This document shows positions 36,361 through 46,885 of a stretch of DNA of 64,000 nt, piece after piece. The notes below the pieces were generated by a model. It worked only from the letters and a program-made list of their open reading frames with translations, did no database searches and was not told where the DNA came from. A program made the position numbers and the translations under genes. The DNA is from Curvularia clavata (lineage: Eukaryota): the NCBI GenBank assembly GCA_023920165.1, contig CP089275.1:5456001-5520000 (forward strand), given 5' to 3'. Every line of letters starts with the position of its first letter. The stretch's first letter is position 1.

Positions 36361-37987
36361 TAAGGATGGTTGAAACGAGCGAACTGAAGAACGCTTGTTT
36401 GATGGAAGGAAGACGTTTTCTACGTCTTATCAAGTCAATATTCCGATTTCACGAAAATGAGAGTTTTGGTTCTGTGTTCCCGCGGTGGAATGAGTGGGCC
36501 GGTCCAGACTATGCAAGTCATGGGTGCGGGACCGCTGCTAATGCAGACTTGATGGAAAATTTGCGGACTCTGAGACTTAGTACAGGCAGGTCGTTAAACC
36601 ACTTGCACAAACTGCTACATAGCCTGAGACACGCGGAAAAAATATTTGCGAAGTACTTTCAATAGCAATGCACGCATCAAATGGAGTTCTTTTTTAGAAT
36701 CAAGGGTGCATCAATCTCAGTAGAGCAAAGGAAGAGTACCGAAGACCCAAGGCTAGCAAATCGGTGATCCGGGTGCCCAATTATTCTCAGCGACTTGTGC
36801 TATTGCAATTGTAGTGATTCGCTCTTGTACCAAAAACTACGCAGGCATATGGCAAGAATCTTGCTTTGAGCCACTGTCCAGCTTAACACATTTTTGTCCT
36901 CTTATTTGGTTATGTAAAAATCTCCTCAGTAGTAATATTCTTGGCCAATAACTACAATCAGCGATAAAAAGGGTACAGCAGCAATTTTCAATTTTGTTCA
37001 TTCTTAAATAAAAAACTGCATGTTCTAGGTAATGGATCATTCGGTCTTCTATACTGGTATTTTCTGCGGTGAAATTCGATTTTTTTTGGTCAGATTTTGG
37101 TTTATTTTGAGGGTATGAAAGAGGAAAGAATTTACCTAGACAACACGTGCTCATGGAAAAACACCACTTTCTTACTTAGCTAATTGATAGAGATATTATG
37201 CAACCAACATCCAATTTACTCTGACCAGTAGATTTAGATGTGGGTATCTGAAACCTAGCTCTGGGGAAGACTTGGAACGAGTACATCACTCGAATTCCCA
37301 AGAAAAGACATAACAGATGCAAGTGTGTATGTTCGGAAATACATCTGGAGTCAGGCAGTATTTCAAGATTCATTTAGGCTTACTTAGCAATCCGATTTTA
37401 TGTTTCTTCCTAGTTCTGATATATGATAACAGAAGCACTGTATAGAATTAAAACGGAGGCGCTGAGCAATATCCCACATGCTGTGCATTTTGAAAGTCGA
37501 CCCTGACAGTGGTATGGATAGAAACTCGTTCACTAAGATTATTGCCACATATCTTCCACCCTATAGAGCCAGTATGAAGCATTTCATATGACACTATCAA
37601 TCGCATGACCGAAAGAATTGAATGCAAGATATCTACTTCGTAACATAATTGCAGAGCCCTGGAATCGCCCTGGATTGACAAAACGATGAATCCAGTTTCG
37701 CATCTCGAAGCTCCGTGAACATCGATCTTAATATCGCTGAAGAAGCAGTGCTCCGTCCCAGATCAATATCATTCATTGTCTTCCAAAAATTCCATGCAAA
37801 TCACATGTACTGTATACCTACTTTCCACCGCCTCAAGGTATTGCACTAAATTGCGCACAGACCACGCACACAGAATTTCGTTAGCGAGGCGCAACCCACC
37901 CGCTGAACTTCACGCAGCTCACGACAACTTCAGCGACGACGCACCCGAAACCCGCCAAATCGAATATCCCCCCGATAATCAGCCAAA

Positions 37988-38637
37988 ATGTCTGGAAAGC
38001 GCGGGTACGTTGTTTCCCCTACAGTTCGACGACATAAATCTTGTCGGATACCTTGATATGGTAGATTGATGCTAACGAACATGCAGTCGAGGTTCTACCT
38101 CCGGTAACAAGCTCAAGATGACCCTCGGTCTCCCAGTGTACGTTTGATCCCGCCGCGACCGCTCCCCGAGTCCCCATCCGCCTACAATGCGCAGAAAGCA
38201 CGATACAAGGAACAAGGCTAATGGAAGTATAGCGGTGCCGTCATGAACTGCTGCGACAACTCGGGTGCCCGCAACCTGTACATCATCTCCGTCAAGGGTA
38301 TTGGTGCGCGCCTCAACCGCCTGCCCGCTGGCGGTGCCGGTGACATGGTCATGGCCACCGTCAAGAAGGGAAAGCCTGAGCTGAGGAAGAAGGTCATGCC
38401 CGCCGTCATTGTCCGCCAGAGCAAGCCCTGGAGGCGGGCGGATGGTATCTACCTGTACTTCGAGGACAACGCTGGTGTCATTGTCAACCCCAAGGGTGAA
38501 ATGAAGGGCTCTGCCATCACTGGACCTGTCGCCAAAGAGGCCGCTGAGCTGTGGCCGGTATGTACACACGATTGTTGTCCAGGAGCTTCGCTAACCCTGT
38601 CCAGCGTATCGCCTCCAACTCCGGTGTCGTCATGTGA
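37988..38637 (+). CDS. RPL23: 60S ribosomal protein L23 (uL14)
   Basis: Introns 38005-38086, ~38138-38232, 38558-38604; [39 protein letters not shown]...[10 protein letters not shown]...[24 protein letters not shown]...[10 protein letters not shown]. Confidence 0.97.
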
Positions 38638-38940
38638 GGTGTCTCTTTTCCTGCTTTCGATAACATTCATGGGTTTACGGGCACGGCGAAAATGCATTTA
38701 CGGGGTGAAGGATTTGGGCGACGACATTGCAGCTATGATTAGCAATGGGACGACCTTCACAATACCAGTCAAATGAACATTACGACCAAACCACAACGTG
38801 TACCCGACTTCCAGTGATGGCTGACTGACTCGAATTGATGGGCAATGAAAATGTGGAGATTGGCTTAGGCTGTTACGAGAAGGTTTATTTGTGCTGATGC
38901 ATTGCAAGCCCAGGAAATATATGTACTGAATTTAGGTCTT

Positions 38941-40068
38941 TCAGGCCTCGGGCTCGTTGCCTGAGCACGAACTTCGATCGCATGCCAACATACGGAACTC
39001 GGGTTCCTCCTCAACCTCTTGCGCCCACCTCATCTGTACCATGTCTCTAGCCTCGTTTGAGCGCTTCCGTCCGCCGGTGAACTGCAACCTCTCATTCCCA
39101 ACAACACCCGTTGTGACCACGCCTGTACTTGGCGCACCGATTCCTTTGACTACACCGTTGCCGCCCTGCATCACACTGGCATAGCTCGAAGACATTGTCT
39201 GTACGCCAGAAACGAAGTCCTTTCCATCAAACTCACAGTGTCCACCAGCAGGTGTATTATCCACAGTCTGTAACTGGTTGATCTGGTTTGCGTTCAAGCC
39301 TGCGTCCGCTGCAAGCTGCTCATAGGCTGCTATGGCCTGTGGGATACTGCCTTGCAACAGTGTGAGCTCACTTTGTGTAGACTGGTAGTGAATCTTCGTC
39401 TGGCTCATGACCGTAGCCGCGTTTTGGAATTGGACTTGTGGCGGCATAGCTCCACAGTTGAGCTCAACAGCACTGTTGGCGAAGTTTTGCATTTGTGCTG
39501 GAATGAAGAATCCACTCATCAAAAGACTTCCACCACTGACACCCGTGAAGACAATGTTGGACATGTCTACGGCGACACGCTGCGGCAGCTCGTTTTGGAT
39601 AAAGTCATTGACTGCTTGAGCATGTGCTACGCCGTCTGTTCGCTGCAGACCGGAACCCCCACCCCAGAACAGGTTCTCGTTAGGTGCAAGGAGGGCAACG
39701 CCCATGGTGTTGGCTTGCACAGCCTGGTTTGGCATGTCGAAGAAGCTTTGTCCTCCATCGCCGTGGAGAAGAATGTTGGCTCCCAAAGTTCCGTTGGATG
39801 ACGTGGCCGCTGCACCGGGTACACCTGAAGCCGGGAGGAATTGGTCTGCTGGCGCGGAGATCTTGAATCGTATGGGTAAGTTGTTGACCATAACAGTATC
39901 GTCCAGAATCATAGAGCCATCAGTAGCTCTGGAGATGCCCTGAGGGATCTGCGCGGCTTGCTGAAAAGCAGTTGCTTGCTGACGATTTCCACCCCGGCCG
40001 TTGCCTCTGTTTCGCTGTGGCAGAGCGGCCGTAAGGCCGAGCAACGATAGGGCGATGACCTTGTACAT
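38941..40068 (-). CDS. Secreted protein with alpha/beta-hydrolase-like motifs; function unknown
   Basis: Signal peptide MYKVIALSLLGLTAA-LP; LLHGDGG; nucleophile-elbow-like GVSGG; GGHCEFD; intronless. Confidence 0.7.
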   Translation of the reverse strand: MYKVIALSLLGLTAALPQRNRGNGRGGNRQQATAFQQAAQIPQGISRATDGSMILDDTVMVNNLPIRFKISAPADQFLPASGVPGAAATSSNGTLGANILLHGDGGQSFFDMPNQAVQANTMGVALLAPNENLFWGGGSGLQRTDGVAHAQAVNDFIQNELPQRVAVDMSNIVFTGVSGGSLLMSGFFIPAQMQNFANSAVELNCGAMPPQVQFQNAATVMSQTKIHYQSTQSELTLLQGSIPQAIAAYEQLAADAGLNANQINQLQTVDNTPAGGHCEFDGKDFVSGVQTMSSSYASVMQGGNGVVKGIGAPSTGVVTTGVVGNERLQFTGGRKRSNEARDMVQMRWAQEVEEEPEFRMLACDRSSCSGNEPEA

Positions 40069-41653
40069 GTTTCGTTTTGTGGTACTCAAGAAACCTTAGA
40101 TTGAAGTAAGGAATAAAAATTAATTACGAAAGAAGTGGACCTGCCAAAAAACGAATTGAAGTGTGGAGACAGAAGAAAGAAACCGCACCGCAGTATACAG
40201 GAAGAAGAAAGGAGGAGGAGGAAAGAAGGGAAAAAGTGTGGGGAGTTAAACAACATCTATACACCATGGCCAGCCTTGCCTACACTAATACTCAGCCTCG
40301 CATTCTAAACGCGCACCCATATAGCCAAGATTCGCCGCGGAGCTTCCTCTTGCTCTAAGAGAGCTTGACACCGCAGCTTCTGCTGTTTGTATTGGTTGTG
40401 TTGGTAGACAATAGTGGGTGTTGGTGTTTGATGCGCGAATGCTGGCGCACGCGTGGTTTGAGCCCCGGCTCAGCTGCAGGCTTTGGTGTTTCGAACACGG
40501 ACTTGGCGGTTCGTGCTTGTAACGCGGGCTTAGCCTCAGGTGATGTTCTTGGAATTGCTTAGCCTCAATGCGAAGGCGTGGTGAGTGCGAGTCTAGACAT
40601 AGCTCGATGTTGGGGTGTAGGCTTGGGATGGGGACGGCTGTTTACAGATGGCGTCTGTGCGGTGTTTGCCTTGTGATTAGCACTCGGGATGCGCCAATGG
40701 AGGTCTGGTCTTGTGTGTAATTGAATCTATTTCATGGGCATATTTTAATATATTTGTTGTATTGTTCAGTGTCACAAAGACGGATCAGGTACCTGCCGGG
40801 CGTATGTTACGAAGCTCGAGGATGTTTGCAGCTGTGATTATCGTCGTATTTTTGAGGTATTGTTCATAAAAACAAGAACGTCCTTCTAGATCATAGTCAA
40901 TATCAGGAGATGAACAAATTGGGAATACACGTCGATCTTGAACGTCTGAAGGTGAGCTGTTTACATAAGATATACATCGTTCGTTGCATTTTTTTTTTTT
41001 CGCTTCAAGCCTCATCTGGAAAGCCCTAGCAAATCGTCACATTGGCAGACGCAACTTTCGAAAATCACGATAATTATTATATGGAAACGATAATGGAGTC
41101 TTGTTTGCAGACTTCTCGAACAGTTGCATCGCCCTGACATTATGGTCTCGGACCAAGGGCCTACCCCGCATTTCACTCCACACCAGCGGAAAGACTACAC
41201 GAAGTAGTAGCACATCACCAGCATTATTCCCTTCCGAATATTCTTTACTTGCTGATCTGGGCTTACTAAATCACCTGCTAGTACGCAGGCGGAAGGACAC
41301 GCACCAAACCAGCCATGCTGTACCACCCACTCCGGGGAGAATTCCGTCCTTGCATGTGATACAAAAGGGATGAACTTGACTCTTCCAAACAACAATGCCC
41401 CAATAGTCTTTCATCCTTACTCATTCCATTGGTTGTGCCTCATCACTAGCGGTGGATAATCGGCAGATCGTCGTCTGCGCGTGCCTGTCTCTAGGACTTT
41501 TCTGGACCACCTGCATGCATGGGCTGCAGTTGAGATGCGGCTCTTTTCCGCGTTGGAGTGGGCTGACAGCTGAAGAGTATATAGAGCTTATTGCATCTCC
41601 GGTTTGCGATGAGTCTAGACTGTAGTGAGCTTCTGTGTTATTCCAGAGAGTGT

Positions 41654-43759
41654 ATGTCTGCTACCATGTCGCTTGAACGTATTGACTCGGTTGATCCGAG
41701 TGAGGTCTATGATTACATTATCTGTGGGTAAGGTACCCTAGTTTTGCTCTTGACTTCAAGGCAGAAATAGGATGTTGTGATTTTGAGAGTTTTCTGGGTT
41801 TACCTACTGACACTTGCTAGTGGTGGTACATCCGGCTGTGTGATAGCAGGCCGGCTTGCCGAAGACTCGGATGCGAAGATCCTTGTTCTTGAAGCAGGAC
41901 CCGATAGTGCAGAGCTGGAAAATGTCCACATGGCAGGAGGGTAAGTCTCACTACGGTTCTGCTGTCAGGAAGCTGAAGAGACTTGCAGATGGAGCCAGAA
42001 CTTCGACTCCGAGACGGACTGGAACATCGTTACTGAGCCGATGGACAAAATCGACAATCGTCAAGTCAAGGTTAGCAGGGGGCGGCTCTTGGGCGGCTCG
42101 AGTGGTGTCAACGGCACTCTGTGTATTCGTGGTACGAAGCAGGACTACGATGATTGGGACCTGGATGAGTGGACCGGTGATAAGATGTTCGAATACATGA
42201 AAAAGGCAAGGTATCAATGTTGCTACATAAACCCTTATCTATACTGACGTTTTCACAGGCGGAGACATTTCACCCGAAAGACTGGCACAAAGCTGACCTC
42301 TCAGTCCACGGGACATCCGGCCCTCTCCATACCGAGCCACACGATCTGGCACCTATTTCAGAACGTATACGAGAGAGCCTGGTTGACCAGGGTCTTCCAT
42401 ACCACCCCGACATGTTTTCCACTGGAGAAACACCACACGGATGCGGTGATGTGCCGCGAACAGTGCATCAGGGTATCCGAAGCACAGCCGCTGATTTCAT
42501 CACCAAAGGTCAGAAGAGGGCGAACATCACAGTGAAAACTGAAGTGACTGTCGACAAAGTCATCTTGAGTCAAGAAAACGGCGAACTCACCGCGACAGGC
42601 GTCTCTACCATTTCAAAGTCCGGCAAAAAGATCGCTTACCAAGCAAGGAAAGAAGTCATTGTGAGCGCCGGCGCATACTGCAGTCCGGCCATTCTCATGC
42701 GCTCTGGTATCGGATCAAAAGAAGAGTTGGCCAAACACAACATCGACTGTCTCGTCAATCTCCCTGGCGTGGGCGCAAACCTCATGGATCACGTCGTACG
42801 TTCCCTACTTCTCACTGTCAACGAATCCAACTAACTCACCTCTTTAGCTCTGCTTCCTCTTCTACGAAGTCTCCGAACCAAACCTAACAAACGACCATCT
42901 CGCCTACTACTCCAACGCCCTCGCCACCTCCTACCAACTCTGGAAAGACCAGAAAACCGGCGTCCTCTCCACCTTCCCCTTCGGCACCTTCGGCTACGCT
43001 CGTCTAGACGACCGCCTATCTAACTCTCTTCTCTGGACTAATTCCCCGCGCTCCCCCGGCCGAGACCCCATGGGCCTCTCACCCTCGCAACCCAACATCG
43101 AACTCTGGAACACAGAAATGTACGGCGGACCCAAACAATACGCCGATTTCCCCACCGATAATCAAAACGCATTCGCCATGTGCGTGCTGCTATTCAACCA
43201 GCAGAGCAGAGGCAAAGTAGCGCTTGCATCCAAAGACCCGCAAGAGAATCCCATTGTCGACCACAAGTATTTGGATCATCCGCTGGATATGCTGGTCATG
43301 ACTGAGGCGTGCAAGTGGGCGAATGAGATTGTTATGGAGGGGAAGGGTACGAAGGGGGTTGTGAAAGGGGCTTGGCCAAGGGGGGAGAAGCATCATGAGT
43401 TCAGGGAAAGAGAGGAGTGGGAGGGGTATGTGAGGAGGCATGCTACGACTTGTGAGTTGCATTTTCTTTACCAGTTTGTCCATTGAGGTTTTCCGGAATA
43501 GAGTGCTGACAGGGGTTGTGCAGGTTATCATGCTTCTGGCACGTGTGCTATGGGTAAGTCTGATGATGCGAATGCGGTACTTGATTCTCGTCTGCGTGTT
43601 CGTGGTGTGCGTGGGCTAAGGGTGGCGGATGTGTCGTCGGTTCCAAACGTTAATAATGGGCATACGCAGATGGTTGCGTATGGTATTGGAGAAGGGGCGG
43701 CAGAGATGATCAAAGAGGATGCAAGGAATATTAGTTTAGGGGCAAAGACAGCGACGTAG
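41654..43759 (+). CDS. Intracellular GMC (AA3-type) oxidoreductase
   Basis: YDYIICGGGTSGCVIAGRL, RGRLLGGSSGVNG, SAGAYCSPAILMRSGIG, GVGANLMDH, CYHASGTCAMG, LRVADVS...NGHTQ. Five introns (41728-41820, 41941-41988, 42206-42258 GC-AG, 42796-42847, 43452-43523). No signal peptide; start could be 41654 or 41666. Confidence 0.93.
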
Positions 43760-44054
43760 AACGTTTAGGTTGTGAAAATTGACTACATACACCTCCGCTC
43801 TGTGTGTTAAAGTGAGTCCGTTAGACAACTAGAATTCGCCTGGTATCCGTAGGGGACTATGGGGAAAGCAATGAGACGAAAAGATTATGGCATGTATTCA
43901 AAATTCCAATAAATGTTGTTTATGGCCTAAATATCACAGTGTTGCTAACTTATAACAATTCTCTCCACGATCCCCACCACCCCCGCTAACACCGCTAACA
44001 CCACCGCCAACACAAAAACTACAGCCCCATCGATACAAGCAGAGCAAAAAAAGA

Positions 44055-44126
44055 TGGACTCGCGGGGAATCGAACCCCGGACCACTCCCATGCTAAGGGA
44101 GTATTATACCACTAAACCACAAGCCC
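44055..44126 (-). tRNA. tRNA-Ala(AGC), intronless
   Basis: GGGCTTG TGGTTTAGTGGTATAA TACTCCC TT AGC AT GGGAGTG GTCCGGG GTTCGATTC CCCG CGAGTCC A; G3:U70 alanine identity pair; T7 run just downstream. Confidence 0.97.
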
Positions 44127-44329
44127 AGATCAACTTGTTGCTTCGTAGGTGAAGCTGATTTGATGGAAAATGGCGAAGTGTGCCGATTATCAAACCCACA
44201 CGAACTGTCTCATAATCCCTCTTACGTTGATTTTCACACGATCTCTTCTTCTTTTTCCATCAATTCTTTTCAATTATCACAAGCAAACGTCCAATATGTT
44301 TTTTAACAACTGATCTACATTTTCAGACT

Positions 44330-46549
44330 CTATATCCTCTTCTCTACAACCTCCTTCGCCATGGCCGTTCTCCCACTCGAGCCACTAAATACCTTCCTCT
44401 CCTTCCCCTCCAATCCCTCAGATCTCTCCTGCTTCACACCATCTGTCAAAACTGTTGAACGCTCAACCACTCCTGCCACGAAAGCCCCCAGCAACGCAAT
44501 CACAAGGATCAAATCCACAACATGGATTCCCCACCACCAGTGCTGAATCCCAAGCCCACACGTGCTAAATTCAAACACCCATTCTCCCCTTTCACCCTTT
44601 TGCTCGTCGAACCAGGCAGACAGGAAGCCCGCGTAGCCAGAGTACTCGCCCATCATACTGCGGAGGGTGATTTCGCGAATGTGCGGCGAGGCGTTGATGT
44701 CCGTGCATTCGTTATCGGAAGAAATTTCATACCGGCGGTGCGGGAAGCGACGGGCGCGCCAGGTTGGTGGTTCGGGTTCAGGAGTGGGCTGCTCGGCTGG
44801 TTCGGAAGAATCTGTAGAAGATTCGGGCGAAGTGATCGCATCGTGGATTCCAAGTTCTTCCAGGAGAGTCTCGTTGATAGGGACTCTATTGACATCTATG
44901 GTCCAGTCCTCCATCGATGCGGTAAGCATAGTGTCGTTGGCCGTGCGGGCGGGCAGGTACGCATTCTCTAGCTTGATATCTTTCCCCCGGCATCCGTCTT
45001 CGACACCGCGTTGTCGTATATAATGTACGACATCGCAGCCAGCGTGGTCGTGTCCATTGATAATGATGCCCCGTCTGCCCATGCCCAACCCAGCAACGTA
45101 CCTCTTCCAGCTCATGCCAAAAATGCCTTCCAAGACGGTTTTAGTGGAATGGTCTGAAAGCATGTTTTGCTCTTTGACTCCATGCCCGCTTTCGAAGTAA
45201 TCAAAGTAAGGACTGTCGACGCAAATACCAGCTTCTTTCTCCAGAGGGATATGTGTCAGGAGGATGGTGGCATGCGTTTTGTCGCTGACTGGAAGCGAGC
45301 CTGTAATTATATGATTCATGAAGTTGTAGGTTTCTGTCTGAAGGTCTGGGGACCAAGCAGGTGCGTCGAGGTTCATGGAATTAAGCACGACAAGTCGGAG
45401 CGTTGGTGGTCTGTCAGTGTTCCGTTTGGATACATCGGCCGTCTCGTTTGAGAGCAGCGTCTCGGGCAGGGTGAACCAAATGTCCCAGTTGACGCTACCA
45501 AAGGCCCGTTCAAATCGCTCGATACGTGACTGATCGATATCTCCCGCGTATCCAACGTCGTGGTTTCCAGCAATGTTGATGACACGCTTCTCCCAGTCTT
45601 TGTCCGCACCGAGGACTTCCTTCGTGCCGCCCCAATACGCCTTTCGCTCTGGCTTCTCTTCCTTGTTTTCTGGTTCTTCTGCTTCACCATCGTCGCTTTT
45701 GTCTTGGGCTTCATCATCTCTTTCTTTACTCTCTTGTTCCGAACTGTGCTCCTCCTTTGAATCAGCCACACCAGCCTCTTCACCCCCCCCTTTGCCTTCT
45801 GTTTCCTTGTCTTGCTCTACAATTGCCTCTGCTTCCTCGTCCTGCTTTGCAACTGCCTCTGCTTCTTTATCCTGCTCCACAACTGTCGCTGCTTCCCCAT
45901 CTTCAACTTTGCCCTCTCCGTCTTCTCCCGCCTTTGTCTCTATAGCCTCCTCCCTCGTCTCCACAACCTCCTCCGAGACCTCAACCTCCTCAATACCAAA
46001 AACCGCATCCGGCACCTTCTCTAAACCCCTCATAACAACATTCCAGTATCTCCCTGCCCGCTTACTAAACTCTCCATCAGTAACCCACTGACTGCCGAGC
46101 AAGTCTCCCAGAACACTAATATGCGTTGGCTGAGTCCACCACCTCAGACTTCTCACAATATGCGCAAGATACCAGTCATTTCCCCAGAGATCAATCGCCT
46201 TTCTCTTGCCCTCGAGCCATTTCAACGCATCCTTCACGACGCCCTTGGCAGCCTCCTTGACGATATCCCTCTTCTCCGCAAAGTCGGCGGCAGCGCGCAA
46301 ATCATCCACGAGATATTCTACGGACGGGAAGACGAGCGCATTAGGATCAGGTAGCGACGAGTCGCCTTCGAGTTGGGGGTCACCGAGGGACAGGAGGCGG
46401 AACGGCGCAAGGGGTTGCGCATGGGATGTTGGTGGAGTGGGGAATCCGCAGCCGTGGAAGATGGGGTATAGGTACAGCCATGTAGTGCCGAGGAGCGCTA
46501 CGGGAAGCAGCAGCAATGCGATGCGAAGGAGGAGTCTCGAGAGCTGCAT
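44330..46549 (-). CDS. TED1: Ted1/PGAP5-like metallophosphoesterase (GPI remodelling)
   Basis: N-terminal TM segment; GDPQLEGD, DLWGNDWYLAHI, LGDLLGSQW, AGNHDVGY, LTHIPL, NGHDH; C-terminal TM segment; likely start MQLSRLL at 46549. Confidence 0.82.
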   Translation of the reverse strand: MQLSRLLLRIALLLLPVALLGTTWLYLYPIFHGCGFPTPPTSHAQPLAPFRLLSLGDPQLEGDSSLPDPNALVFPSVEYLVDDLRAAADFAEKRDIVKEAAKGVVKDALKWLEGKRKAIDLWGNDWYLAHIVRSLRWWTQPTHISVLGDLLGSQWVTDGEFSKRAGRYWNVVMRGLEKVPDAVFGIEEVEVSEEVVETREEAIETKAGEDGEGKVEDGEAATVVEQDKEAEAVAKQDEEAEAIVEQDKETEGKGGGEEAGVADSKEEHSSEQESKERDDEAQDKSDDGEAEEPENKEEKPERKAYWGGTKEVLGADKDWEKRVINIAGNHDVGYAGDIDQSRIERFERAFGSVNWDIWFTLPETLLSNETADVSKRNTDRPPTLRLVVLNSMNLDAPAWSPDLQTETYNFMNHIITGSLPVSDKTHATILLTHIPLEKEAGICVDSPYFDYFESGHGVKEQNMLSDHSTKTVLEGIFGMSWKRYVAGLGMGRRGIIINGHDHAGCDVVHYIRQRGVEDGCRGKDIKLENAYLPARTANDTMLTASMEDWTIDVNRVPINETLLEELGIHDAITSPESSTDSSEPAEQPTPEPEPPTWRARRFPHRRYEISSDNECTDINASPHIREITLRSMMGEYSGYAGFLSAWFDEQKGERGEWVFEFSTCGLGIQHWWWGIHVVDLILVIALLGAFVAGVVERSTVLTDGVKQERSEGLEGKERKVFSGSSGRTAMAKEVVEKRI
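45794..45883 (-). repeat. 3 x 30-bp coding tandem repeat in the TED1 acidic insert
   Basis: Units VVEQDKEAEA / VAKQDEEAEA / IVEQDKETEG; TGCCTCTGCTT recurs at 30-nt spacing. Confidence 0.85.
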
Positions 46550-46885
46550 TGAAGCATGCTCGGGCAGGGAAATGGGGTGAGACTGTTGTTTTCCATGGTT
46601 GTGCGGTAAGTCCAACTTGGCCGCGGCAAAGTGGGCGCGAAATACCATGCAGGGGGGACGTGGCATCGCAGCCAATCGAAGGGCCGCATTTGCGGGGAAA
46701 CAACACAGCATGCACCGAATATAGTCAGTGTCTCATGACACGGTTGCAAGTCAAACATGGTTAGGATTTGGATCTTTATACACGCTTCATGCTCTGCAAT
46801 ATCAAATTTACTATCATCTCACAGTACGCCCCCGTTTTTCTCCCAAACGCCAGACATGGATAGACATTACGTGCTATGAGGGTGC

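Noticed and set aside
41728..41820. Possible nested (stwintron) structure in GMC intron 1 (GTAAG-GTACC)
   Set aside because: A single canonical excision restores the frame; the internal unit would be very short with a poor branch point.
46550..46711. Upstream extension of the TED1 ORF
   Set aside because: ATG 46549 directly precedes the signal-anchor; the extension has no family-like features.
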